A stretch of 63,746 nucleotides of DNA, counting the filler, from Reticulomyxa filosa (Eukaryota; Protista; Foraminifera), in the NCBI GenBank assembly GCA_000512085.1. It is 25 parts of 25 records of this genome, joined end to end, with 100 filler letters (N's around TTAATTAATTAA, not from the genome) between each part and the next. Parts side by side here need not be neighbours in the genome. Positions count along the whole stretch, not along the records: positions 13,990 to 16,267 come from ASPP01015532.1; positions 16,368 to 19,991 come from ASPP01012657.1; positions 20,092 to 21,329 come from ASPP01017843.1; positions 21,430 to 24,397 come from ASPP01040428.1; positions 24,498 to 25,916 come from ASPP01047768.1; positions 26,017 to 27,850 come from ASPP01039041.1; 19 more parts are not named here. One strand, given 5' to 3'. This document shows positions 13,990 through 26,195 of the stretch, piece after piece (position 1 is the stretch's first letter; the number at the start of each line of letters is the position of its first letter). The notes below the pieces were generated by a model. The model was not told the DNA's origin. It was given only the letters and a program-made list of their open reading frames with translations, and made no database searches. The translations under genes and the position numbers were made by a program.

Positions 13990-14359
13990 TTTTTTTTTTT
14001 TGTTTATTTTTAAATTGACCTGGTTTTTTTTTGATTGAAAAAAAAAGCTTGTGGGTCATTATTTTCCAAAGAATACGCACAAACAACAAAGAATATGTCC
14101 CCTCTGAACCTTTGATAGTTTCGGCCAGTTGCTTTACCAACCCATTAAAGTAGTCTTCGTTTTTGGATAATTGAATCAAATTAAACACTTTTGGTCCTTT
14201 CATTTCTTCCAATATTTGCATCAGTTTCATTCCTTTGTGCCCTCCACTCAATGGATTTATTAATACTATTACTGGCAGATTTGTCGACAGACCAGCTTTT
14301 TCTCCTCTAGGAGATGTAACGTCGGATTCCGACATTATGGATGAAAGCACTGACTTCAT
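13990..14359 (-). CDS. Diacylglycerol-kinase-family (DAGKc) protein, 5' fragment
   Basis: PVIVLINPLSGGHKG matches the DAGKc NPxSGG motif, followed by VFNL. Runs into an intron and the gap. Confidence 0.75.
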
Positions 14360-14816
14360 GAGAACACAAAGATCTTACGTTTTGTATCTCACAAGTACTT
14401 CAATTGGTTATGTTTTTTTTTTTGGTTTGTCTTTTTTGAACCATTTTTTTGGATAGAAAGCGTTTAAGAAAGACTTGCAAGATGTATAAAGTAATCACTA
14501 ATTTGCTTCGAAAACGAGGCAGCATGCCTTATCGCGACAGAAATGCATGTAATTGAGCTCGTTTCGATTGCAACTATTTCTCAAATTCGTTTTCAATAAG
14601 ATTTGGAAAATTGGTATCTTTTGTAATAGTTTCAAGGTTTGCAAGTTTTTTGGAGTGCGAAATTGTTTCAAAAAAAGTTCAGTTAAAAAAAATCCTCGTT
14701 AACTATAATAATAAACAAATCGATGCAATATAGACCAAGCGCGTCAACTGGTTGTTTTGGAGCATATTACATAAAGCCTCATTCAGTTTAACATGTTTTT
14801 TCCCTTTCAGTTTCTC

Positions 14817-15553
14817 ATGAGAAAAGTTCAGAGTGAAAAGTAAAAAAAGCAAAACAAAATACAACAATAGCAAAAGCAAGAGATTATTTATCGTCCAAGC
14901 GCTTCCAGTGGAATTTTCGGCTCTTTTGTTGTGAAAGTTGAGGTATTCCACTCCAATACCATATGCACATATGTACTCACCTATAAAATTTGATACATGC
15001 AAATTGCACGAAAATATGAACGACTCAGAAGCATGAAAGCGGAAAGAATAATAAATCCGTCGTGGTGATTCGTCCCTCAAGTCGCCGTCCAGTCGTTGAT
15101 ACAAGACACCCCCCAGTAGTATATCATCCGAGTGCGAGCTCTGGTGTATTTGGCTCTTACATTCTAAAAGTTTTGGAGGGAGCAAAAAAAAAAAAAAAAA
15201 AAGTACTTTATTACTTCCCTCCTTTTTTTTTTTTTTTTTTTTGCGTGTGTATGTCATATTTGCCTCCGTATAAATAGAGAGATATTCCAATATATCGACC
15301 AAGTGCCTACAGCGGCGTGTTTGGAAGCTATCAATTGCATAACCAAACTCTCAGCAGCGTGGCGACGAGACCCCAGGCGACAATGTTGAATCGCTTCATA
15401 CAAACCAAGACACGGGCTCACATGTATTCTGGCATTAGTCCTCCAAAAGGGCTCGGTGTTCAAATAATAGCGCTGTGGGATGTCCAGCTGCAATTGCCCA
15501 ATCTTCAAAGAAAGACTGTACGTATATCGATTGCCTCAGGTTTAAAAAGTACT

Positions 15554-15588
<35 letters not shown>

Positions 15589-16150
15589 GTTTATTTTCCA
15601 ATATAGCTTTGGGTATCTTCTCACTATAAATATGTATGTACATATATGTATACATAAATAAGGAAGTGTGGCGGAATTTAGTGGCGATTGCATAGTGAAT
15701 GCAGCGAATGAGGGGATGTTAGGTGGTGGTGGGGTCGATGGAGCCATAAGCAACTCTGGAGGGGACATCTTGTACAGCTTGCGAAAGAAAGTTCCATTGG
15801 AGCCAGGGTCGCGTTATGTTCGTTGTCGTATAGGCGATGCCAAACTTACTCCGAGTGGGTATCCCATGAATCGATTGAAATGTCGCTATGTCATACATGC
15901 TGTCGGACCTGATTACTCGGTCATGACGAGTGGAAAAAAGAGCTTGAGCTTCGAACAAGTGGACGACTACCTGTACGACGCCTACTACAGAGCCATGGAA
16001 GTTGCTCATTATCACAATGAACAACTCAAGGTCTCGTCCAAAGACTTTCTCAATGTTTTTTATGAAGGAAGACACGCCCTTCCGGAACCCACTGCAATCT
16101 CTTCGATCGCTTTTAGTTTGTTGAGCTCAGGAATATTCCGTGGCCGACAA
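14817..16150 (+). CDS. Macrodomain (MacroD/YmdB-like ADP-ribosylhydrolase) protein with N-terminal triple repeat, 3' truncated
   Basis: DCIVNAANEGMLGGGGVDGAI, YVIHAVGP and SIAFSLLSSGIF. Upstream exons at ~14881-14942, 15029-15169 and 15278-15539 splice in frame; start uncertain. Confidence 0.85.
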
Positions 16151-16233
16151 GTTTGAACAACAAAAAAATACGTATACACGCACATACATACATATAGACA
16201 TTTATGTGCATGTGCACTCTTATTCTGTCCATA

Positions 16234-16267
<34 letters not shown>

Positions 16268-16757
16268 NNNNNNNNNNNNNNNNNNNNNNNNNNNNNNNNN
16301 NNNNNNNNNNNTTAATTAATTAANNNNNNNNNNNNNNNNNNNNNNNNNNNNNNNNNNNNNNNNNNNNGCAACATACTGTATTAACTTATGATGTCATACT
16401 AAAAACGTATAATACACCAACATTATAATACATCAGCTACTATGTGAAGAAAACTAATGTAGACTATAAATTATAATATATTTATTACATTGTCGCCATT
16501 TAGTATTTGCTTTTATATTTTAGTGTTGCTGGATCATAAGGTGTCAACAACTACACATTTTTTTAGAAACTAAAATTTTTGTTTTCATACAGAAATAATT
16601 AAAGTATCAAAATAGAGCTGTTGAATTGTGAGTTCAAAACTGTACAACATTATGTTAAGTATTTTCATTTCAAAAAGCTACAAACTTTTTTTGCGTTCAG
16701 TCTAAAATAAGAGAGTAAAAAACCCTAAAGAATATTGTCGTCAAAAAATTTTTGGTA

Positions 16758-17469
16758 ATGTCACGACACAATTTTTTGCTTCAAGAAGAAGACTCTGGTG
16801 GCCACGGAAATGTAGAAATAGATGATGAAAATGAGAACGAAAATGATCCCACGTCGAATAATAACAACGAAAAGCCAAAAGCAAAGTCGAGTCGCAACCG
16901 GAATAAAAACGAGACAATGCTAACAGCAGAAGAAAAAACAGCAATACTGGATAAATGCAAAATAGCACTAGTCTCTCAAGTGTCTGCAATATGCAAAGAT
17001 AAAATTGATACATATAATAAAGATTTGAGGGAGCAACGAGATCCTGCAGATAAGCCAGATCAACTCGATGAAGAAAATAAAGAGTTGGTACCTTTGAAAG
17101 TGTCCAACCAATTTATTTTATCTTTGACCGAGTTTATCTTTGATACTGCATTAGTATTGAGCAAAGATATCCAAACATTTAAAGCACATCGAAATAAGAA
17201 AACTGCAAGCGTCGAGGACGTCTTATTATTTGTGCGGAGGAACTCGGACTTAGTTTCAACTCTTTTTTTTATTTCTAATGCTTAGTTGTACATTTAGATT
17301 AATTTATTATATCTTTCTAACCTATAAGTACTTGGCACAAATGCAATAGAAAGAACAGTTGGAATTTTACGCTGAAACTTTGGTACATAAAAAGAACAAA
17401 AGTGGCACTAAAAACAAAAAAGACAAACCAAAAAATGATGATCCTCAACCCAATGATTCTGGTGATTAA
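16758..17469 (+). CDS. CENPS: CENP-S/MHF1 histone-fold protein, 2 exons
   Basis: VSNQFILSLTEFIF...LSKDIQTFKAHRNKKTASVEDVLLFVRRNSDL matches the CENP-S pattern (xKDLExFAxHAKRxTIxxEDVxLxxRR). Last exon ~17350-17469. Confidence 0.8.
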
Positions 17470-17799
17470 TCTATTTTTTTACACTTTTCGGCAATTAAAC
17501 GCTAACATTTTTAAAAATAGCTTATTACAGTTTCTTCTCTGAAAAAAACAAAGTTAAGCATCAGGTTATGTCAAATTTAAAAAATATAATTTATTTCATT
17601 TTTCAAAATTTGAGAAAGATAACTGTTACCTGCTTTTGTCCACGTAAAACATATTTAAAATATTGACACTCTTGAGACATTTCTATGTGATTAAAATGTT
17701 CTCGACTAGTTAGTTTTCTGCTACAGCCAGGGGTCCCAAAGTAAAAAAAAAAATTTCTTTTCAAAATATACAAAAATTGCATATCGTCTTCGTCGTTTA

Positions 17800-19897
17800 A
17801 TGTCCGGTGAACCAATAGTGGAAGCGGATTGGGTATGGCTGATATTGGGCTTGTTTTCATTGAGTGGGATAATATATTCGTCAATAAATATAACGCTTCA
17901 TCTGTTGCACTGGCACAAACCGCTGTATCAGCTGTGGATCGTAAGGGTGTTGTTGGTGATTCCGTTCTACGCATTCATATCTTGGATAAGTATAAAGTTT
18001 GCATTGCTGGGGCTATATTTGGAGATATTACGAGATGTGTACGAAGCGTTTGTGGTGTATTGTTTTTTAATATGGATATTGAACGTGATAGGAGGGGTGG
18101 CACAGTGTGAAAAGGCGATCAATAATCAAATGTATATGGTGCATCCATGGCCATTTTGTTTCCTTCCTCACGTGCGGCTCAATGAATCCTTTGTACTAAC
18201 CATGAAAAAATTTGCATTGCAATTTGTGGTATTAAAGCCGATTATGGCCTTTATTTCGTTTGTGTTGTTATTAAAAGGAGGTAATATTTCTGATGTGTGT
18301 ATACCATATGTGTACGTGTGTACGTTTGTGTATGTATACGTATACATACAGTCAAACAATAATAATAATAACAATAATAATAACAATAATAATTAATAAT
18401 TAATAATCGCGATGGATGTTTAACCAAACAAAGGTTTGGATTTGTACAACAACGAGTATTGGCAGACGATAATGTTGATACTTTATAATGTTAGTTATAC
18501 GGTGGCATTGTATGGACTGTTTTATTTTTACGTAGCGTGCAAAGGTATCATATCCAAACACTCTCCCGTCAAAAAATTTTTGGCCGTCAAGGCGGTCATC
18601 TTTATGACCTATTGGCAATCGTTGTTTGTTCCTCTCTTGTTCGGCAGCGAATACGCTGATAAATGGAATGATGCCATTTTATGCGTGGAAATGATGATTT
18701 TTGCGCATTTGCATTACAAAGTTTTTTTTTATTTTATTTTGTTTTAATGTTTCTTTCCTCTTGTTTTGTTTATCAACTGGAATACCAAAAAAAAAAAAAA
18801 AATATGTGTACATACATGTACATGTATAAATGTACATATATGTATATATGATACAATATATGGATAGGCCTTCCCATGGTATGAATTTCGCTATGAAGAA
18901 ACAAATTTTGAACGCACCATTGATGCAGTGGGCACGCAAGAGTATGCGACGATATCCTATTTAAGGTCGTGGCATGAAAAAGAAGAAGAGGATAGCAGCA
19001 GTGGCGGCCACGGCAGTGATCCCCATCCACCAGTGGCAGCCAGCGTCACTGTGACAGAAGACAAAAACACACGTCTTACTACTTCGGAGTCTGTCACCAC
19101 TTCTAAGCCGCTTGATACAAAGACTGCGTCTGAAAAAGATGCTGTGTCTGTCCAAACTAGTTGATTCACTTCATATATGCATATGTATTATTTGTTTGGA
19201 GTGATTGAAATTGATGCAACAAATAAACAAATAAACAAATAAACAAATAAACAATAAAAAAATAGAAGAGTTGAAAGATACAATTGCAAGTGAGTATTGC
19301 AGCTATGGAGACATTCGACGAAGTGATGTGAATAACAAAGCTTCGTATTGCACGGCCTTGTGGCAAGTGGTAAATGTGCTGGACATCTTTAGTGACGCGT
19401 ATCATAGCTTTAAACCCAATCAAAACCATTTGCAACAACACCTGCATCGTCTGAAGCAACAGACAATGGACAAAATCAATCGCAAGAAACTGTTCCAATT
19501 GGAGGATTGCAACTCTGTAAATCAACCCGATCATCAGTTGCCATTGATGGTTGACAATTATGACAAGCAACTTAACCATGACTTTGCCACTGTCACCGAC
19601 GATTTGACTGCCATTTTGGCAATGGACCAACCCAGTGATATCGAAGTCACATCCATTCGAAATGACTTTGTCCCTCCCAATTTTCAGTTCGATGAGCACG
19701 AACACGAACACGAGCAAATGGCCCCTCCTCTGCCGGCCACTGCTGCTACATCTGGCAGTCTTTTGAATGTATTGGCCAACAAAACTAAACACATGGACTT
19801 GAGGACAAGTGATATCACCTTTGATTCTGTTAAATCACTCAAATCACAGTCGATTGAAAATGCGCGTGATAAAGAAGAGCACTTAAATCAATCTTAA
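17800..19897 (+). CDS. TMEM184: TMEM184 / organic solute transporter alpha family (LAZ1-like), 4 exons
   Basis: HLLHWHKPLYQLWIVRVLLVIPFYA, RDVYEAFVVYCF, LQFVVLKP, PVKKFLAVKAVIFMTYWQ and ILCVEM; introns phase-compatible. Confidence 0.92.
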
Positions 19898-20151
19898 CTA
19901 TTTTTTTTTTCCCACAATTATTTTTACTCAATTTGTTTTTTTTTTTTTGCTTTTGCCTTGTTCGTTGTCATTTTCATAAATTTCCAATTAANNNNNNNNN
20001 NNNNNNNNNNNNNNNNNNNNNNNNNNNNNNNNNNNTTAATTAATTAANNNNNNNNNNNNNNNNNNNNNNNNNNNNNNNNNNNNNNNNNNNNATAAAATTA
20101 AATTGAGGGAGACGGGGAAGAAAAAAAAAAAGTAGAGAAAAAAAAAAGGGA

Positions 20152-21301
20152 CTACAAGCTTTTTGTCAAAAAATTCAGTATTTCTTTTGCAGTGTCAAGT
20201 TCATCAGCGTAAATTTTTTTGGTTAATTCCCATGCGTCTTGTCCTTCCTTCAAAAATCAAAGAAAAAAAAAAATTCTCTTTTGAATGAATATGATGTTGA
20301 TGAAAAATTACACAAGACATGTACGTACATATATGTACATAAATAATAAATTTAAAACAAATGTCGCATGTCTTAACAGCGTTTTTGTTCTGCAAAAGTT
20401 CCAACCAATGATCACGCTGCATATGTGATTTCAATGTGGTCAATCGTTGCAAACACTCTGGTCGCTTATTCAGTATCGCAATTTGTATCAACGAGTTGCG
20501 GTTCTTTTTTTATTATTTTTTTTTTTTTTAAAAAAAACAGAGTCAATCAAGAAAATAAATTTAAAAAAAAAAAAAAAAGTAAGTTTGAAAAGGAAGATCT
20601 CAACTTGGTCTTTGCCTCGCCAAAAAGAAGCATCGCTATCACGTTCGGAAGAAATCAATAATCGCATCAACTCGTTGTCGACTCTCTCTTGGAAATAAAA
20701 GGCGTACAAAAGTGGCTTTCGTTCTTGCTGTTTGATGTGTGTGTATATCGGTTGATGACAGTTCCAGAGCGACAAGCAATATGAAAAAGCAAAATATAAA
20801 CGGACACAATATGGAGTGGCACAAAACAATGAGTTTTTGAAAGGACTCTTCCGGCATATAGCGTTTGAGTGTTTTCAGCCTTACAGCACAATGAGACTTT
20901 GGATTCCATATTGCAAACAGCAATAAAGATCCACCCCGTTGGTCTTTTGTTTCCCAAAACGTTGGGTCGTTTCTTGATTGCTCTGGAATCAATAAATCCA
21001 TCATTTCATCGCTCACAATTTCTTTCACGTGAAACGCATACATCAATGGCCCGCAGCCCTCCTTGAATAGATACATCATAACATTTATATATGTATTATA
21101 TATATATATATATATATATTGTTATAATTTGTTTTCTTTTTTTCAAAAAAAAAAAAAACAAAACAATTGCATTACCTCATCTTTTGCAGACACCAGTTTT
21201 TGGTACGACTTTGGCGGCATATGCCGACGTAGTGTTTGTAGTCTTTGTGCACAGTTTGGCTGTTCACTGTGGATTGCCAATAATATCATTGAGTTGCCAC
21301 T
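20152..21301 (-). CDS. 3' part of a divergent ankyrin-like tandem-repeat protein
   Basis: Alternating units GxSxxxxAI...C..RLxTLKxxM and xGxxPLxYAF...L(M)xLLI...FW.xKDQ. Final exon EGQDAWELTKK...LTKSL*. Confidence 0.65.
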
Positions 21302-21429
21302 CTTTTTTTTTTTTTTTTTTTTTTTTTTTNNNNNNNNNNNNNNNNNNNNNNNNNNNNNNNNNNNNNNNNNNNNTTAATTAATTAANNNNNNNNNNNNNNN
21401 NNNNNNNNNNNNNNNNNNNNNNNNNNNNN

Positions 21430-21553
21430 CTTTGACTCAGTCGTAAGAGAAAATATTCTTATAAAAAAAAAAAACAAAGTCAACAATAAAATCAATAGGT
21501 TTACGCTGTTTCGAACAAACGGCAAATTTTTTTCCCAGTAAATGCCTGTGAAA
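21430..21553. repeat. Repeat block with inverted and direct copies at 24215-24384
   Basis: ctttgactcagtcgtaagagaaa (21430-21452) has an inverted copy at 24215-24236 (1 indel, 1 mismatch). ~80 bp at 21474-21553 has a direct copy at 24304-24384 with the exact core tacgctgtttcgaacaaac. Confidence 0.8.
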
Positions 21554-21860
21554 GCTTCACTTGCTTTAAATACTAGCCTAAAAAAAAATTTAACTAGTCA
21601 AGAAAGAGTTGGCTGGTCACGAAAAATTTTTAATAAACAAAAAGCTTTTTTCCAACGAATAGATCCCGATATTTTGCTGGAAAAAATACTCCATTTGATA
21701 ATAGTGGAGAAAGAAAACTCGCAAAAACATCATGCTCAGCCAAATCGAATAAGCATATTCATTGCTTGTTAAATAATAAAAATATTCCTCTTTTGATGAA
21801 AACGGCCCATAATATGCTAGAATTGTTTATAATATTTTGCACGCTTAAAATACTTGTGCA

Positions 21861-22058
21861 ATGAATAAATCACCAAAGGGAATATATAATGACGGACACA
21901 TTAGCAAAGAGGATTTATTCAAAATGTTTTCGTCTTCCTCAATGCTAAAAATTGATGACACAATGAAAAAATTAATCAAACGTCACAAAGAAGATTTATG
22001 TGAGTTGTTTAGAAGAACCATGGGTCGTGATTTTGCTAACTCTTTGTTGTCTGTTTAA
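21861..22058 (+). pseudogene. EF-hand (calcineurin-B/NCS-like) gene remnant
   Basis: NDGHISKEDLFKMF resembles an EF-hand loop plus helix, but the first Asp is absent and no partner exons are seen. Confidence 0.4.
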
Positions 22059-22779
22059 TTTTCATCAAATATTTTCACAAATTAATACAAACGAGGAGGA
22101 AGCAAGAGAGAAAGAAAAAAACTTTACTATATTGTGTTGGTTGCAGTGCCCACCACTCATTTTTTTAATTTTGGTAAATCACATTAATGTAAACGCATTT
22201 ACATAACTTTTTCATTAAGAATCATTTTTATTTGACAAACTGAAACAATAATTGAAAATACTTTGATAATATTACATAAATCTTAGTTTTATTTAAAAAT
22301 ACGTGAATTATTGCAACAATTTTGATAATACATGGATCTTCTGCGCCTACAATTAAATGTTCAAAATAATTCAATTTTTAATTGCCAAAGATCATTGACA
22401 CAGTAAAAATCATTGTTTTTTCTTTTTGGTTATGCGTATACATATCCAATATGTCAATTGTGTTTGGGTAACACCAAACTCAATCGTTATTAAAATAAAA
22501 AAGAACTTTATTTATTACAATACAAAGTTCATTCAAAAAATTACAATACAAATTTCGATATTAGAAAAAGCAACACAAAAACAATCTTAGATTGCAACAG
22601 CATTAAAAAAAAAGAAATACACAATATATTGAGAACAAAATACAAATGTTTGTATTTTTTTCTTTCACTTGGGCTAAAGTGAACAAAACAAATTTTTTAA
22701 AAAATTAATTTTTGATTGGAAATCACATCTGTAAAAGAATGTTTTACAAAAAATATTACTTTTTTCTTTTTTTAGATAG

Positions 22780-23570
22780 TCTTGGTCCCTTTCAATTCTT
22801 GAACAAAAGCAGGTTGCATCACACTTCTGCTTTCTGCAAAACTCACGCATGAATAATAAGCATACTTATGCTGAATGTGGGTCATACGTCGTACTTGGTC
22901 AAGGTTTCATCATACTGTGGGTGGCAGGACAGACCTGCCTTACGTGAAGCTTCAAAATCCCAGTATCCGCACTACAAGCACAATTGCTATCAATTTGCAA
23001 GGAAGTATTCTATGTTCATGAAAGTTGCGAATGCAAGATAGTACTACTCAACGCCACTTACTTCTAGAAGAAAAAGAATAAAAAAGTGATGTTAATAATG
23101 GTAGTGCGATAACTAATAGGCTTGCTCTTCCAAAGGCATTTTGCGAATGCAATCGCCAATGCGTATTTTTGCTGTGTTGTACTATACATTGGTGTTTGCT
23201 ATTGCAACTATGTGTGTGTGCGAGTTTACAGGGAATGGATGTGACAATAATAGATCCTTGACTTCATTTTTAACATGTTTGTAAAAAAAATATTTTTAAT
23301 CAATAAATAATAATTTTATTTAAATAAAACAATCATTTAATACAGAAGCGTTCTTGCTTAATTCCCCAGGCACAATTGGTGGTGTTGTTGTAATTGAAGT
23401 GATTGGGATAATAATATTTATTTTGCTCTGTCCAGTACAACACTGGGCCAGATATAGTCCATCTCAGAGAAACCAAAGACAGCAACTTTGGTGTCAAAGC
23501 CCATGCAAATAATGATTGTTCCAACAGATATTGCTGGTGTTATCATTCACACGGAAGGACTAGCCATAAA
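22780..23570 (-). pseudogene. Amino-acid transporter (Aa_trans/SLC38-like) remnant
   Basis: Hydrophobic segments ISVGTIIIC, GSIIVTSIP and RASLLVIALP...SGVE*YYLAF, with many stops and frameshifts. Confidence 0.4.
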
Positions 23571-24214
23571 ACTCACTAGATATAATGTCAGATTATGTTG
23601 CAACTTTTTTTTTTCAGTCGTTCTTTATTTTTTGTGTATTGTCGCTTCTTAAGCGATTTGTGGTACAAGTTAAAAAGCCACTGTGAATTTTAAATATGAG
23701 TTTATAAATTCACTCTCCTTCACGAAAACCTACATTAACAATTTTTCTTTTCTTTTTCTTGGAAAAAATGATCTATCTTGCAATCGTTGAAGATGCTTTA
23801 TTGTTACTTTTTTATTTTTATTTTTTTTAATTGGTGTCTTGTGGTAGAAGTTTTTTTTTTCCTTGTAACTTAAAACTGATCTTCAATTCGATGAATTCTA
23901 ATAATTTGAAATAATTTGAAACATTAATTTTCGAAATCAATGAGTTTCTATTATAAAAAAACGCTTTGATCAAAAAATTTGTTTATGTGAACAAGTTAAC
24001 CCCTTGTTTGAGTTTTTCTTCAACAACAAAAACTGTTTTGTTCGTTTCTTTTTTTGTTAAATGTTTAACTGTTTTTGTTTGTTTTTTGTTAGAGCAAGTT
24101 GGTTTGATAAGGACAGCCAGTATCCTAGGCATATGTTTTTAAATAATTAGTTTTTGCGGAAATGCGAGTGAAACTGATGTAGCGTTAAATTTTTTTTTTC
24201 TTTGATGAACACAC

Positions 24215-24384
24215 TTTCCCTTACGACGAGTCAAAGTGATAGATTATTTTGTTCTGGCTCAATTGAAAAGCGATTTTTTAAATAACTTTTTTTTCACAAA
24301 ATTACAAAGTAAATAACAAAAATGAATAGGCCTACGCTGTTTCGAACAAACAACAAATTTTTTGCACATCAAACGTCTGTGAAA
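24215..24384. repeat. Partner copy of the 21430-21553 repeat block
   Basis: Inverted 22-bp match at 24215-24236 and direct ~80-bp match at 24304-24384. Confidence 0.8.
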
Positions 24385-24509
24385 ACATATTGTATGANNN
24401 NNNNNNNNNNNNNNNNNNNNNNNNNNNNNNNNNNNNNNNNNTTAATTAATTAANNNNNNNNNNNNNNNNNNNNNNNNNNNNNNNNNNNNNNNNNNNNAAA
24501 AAAAAAAAA

Positions 24510-25805
24510 GGGAAAAAAATTTTTTGAACCCGCATTGATGGGCATTCTAAACTGCATGGGAAGCAAATCCAAACGAGTTCAGCGCAGTGCATGCGGGTCC
24601 TTGGCGGAGCTGGCCAATTGTTTCCAAAATAGAAAGTTCCATCGCATGTCCGACTACGTGCAGCCCATTGTCTCCACCTTTGTCAAAGGTTTGGCTTTAT
24701 ACAGAGTTAAATCATCTTTTGTCATTTGACATATACTATACACATGTCCAATTTTTTTTTGGACAAATAATGAATAAATAAATACAGATACATACATATA
24801 TATATGTATATATATATATATATATATAATGTATATATGTATGTAACAAAAAAAATGGTATGTGCTTTTGATAATAACAGCTGCTCAACTTTAATCACTT
24901 GGTAGATGTGATATCATCAGTATGTCGTGTGTGGTCGTTGGAAGATGAAAGCAAGGTTGTGACGAACCCAAAGCTGATGGACGCTTTGATTCCACCGTTG
25001 CTGAAGCGCTGGATCGCGTTTTCCGAGTCGAGCACGTGCATGTTTCCAGTGATGGAGTGCTTGACACGTTTCACCTCGTTCATGGGTCCCATCCCGCACT
25101 TTCAACAAACTTATGCGCCCTCAATGTTCCAACAGGCTTTCCAACTGGCCTGTCGCATCAAACAAGAAAAGGCGGAATATGTTATGTTTGTTCTCTTTTG
25201 TTGGTCCAAGCCAAGTGCAAATTGAGAGTTGTAAGAAAAATAAGAAAGAAAGAGAGAAAAATGATGATGAACAACAACCTTTTCTGTCAGTGTTGTAATA
25301 ACAATAATAATAATAATAATAAGATAATAAATGTATATTTATTTATTTTTTTGTAATTGTTTGAAATAGAATGAAAAACTAAAGGCACTTCAAGAACAAT
25401 TAGGAGATATAGACGATGAGAGAGTCGGACAACACGTGCGAATGGATGTGCCCAACTTAGAATACTGGGTATCTGCGATGGACATGCTCTCGGCGATATG
25501 TGAGACGACGCAGCCAGCGTTTGCCAAGCTAGCCTTTGGCGTCCCAGCGACGGAGAACAAGTTAATGGAAATGTTGTATTGCGCAATCCTTGAAAAGCAT
25601 CTTGCCGTCCGAAGAAACGGGCTGGCTTTGTTGGGGGATCTCATTCTGTTTTGCAGCGACCAAGTCGGGCCTCACATTGGCAAATTCATGCCGCTGTGTA
25701 TTGAAAACTTGCAACCCGAGCTCTATCTCATTTGCACAAATTCCAGTTGGTGCATTGGCGTGGGTTTGGAAAAGTACGGCATCAAAATGAATATTTACTT
25801 CAAAG
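24510..25805 (+). CDS. TNPO1: Transportin-1 (importin beta-2) internal fragment, 3 exons
   Basis: KRVQRSAC, LIPPLLKRW...MFPVMECL, SAMDMLSAICE and VRRNGLALLGDL...FMPLCIENLQPE...CTNSSWCIG parallel the transportin HEAT repeats. Confidence 0.85.
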
Positions 25806-25875
25806 TTTTGTGTTTATGTATGGTTCCATAAGAGGAAAAGGGTACATTATGTACGTATACATGTGTATATAGATG

Positions 25876-25916
<41 letters not shown>

Positions 25917-26016
25917 NNNNNNNNNNNNNNNNNNNNNNNNNNNNNNNNNNNNNNNNNNNNTTAATTAATTAANNNNNNNNNNNNNNNNNNNNNNNNNNNN
26001 NNNNNNNNNNNNNNNN

Positions 26017-26195
26017 CAATTCGATTTTGGGATATTCGATCAAATAAGAAGGAATTATATGTGATCACAAGAGGTGATGATGATGGAATAGTATGTCTTA
26101 AATTTCTACAATTACATGAAAATAATAATGATAGTGGCTGTGATATTAATCTATGTTATGGTTCAGGCAATGGCCCAATTCATATTTGGGGATAA
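26017..26195 (+). CDS. 3' end of a WD40-repeat gene
   Basis: IRFWDIRSNK...LCYGSGNGPIHIWG*. Confidence 0.75.

Noticed and set aside
20728-20827. Non-canonical AT-AG intron in the ankyrin-like gene (repeat register would favour a donor after KLIVLCHS)
   Set aside because: A canonical phase-0 GT donor exists 15 nt upstream and the sequence does not match the U12 ATATCC consensus. Unsupported without cDNA.
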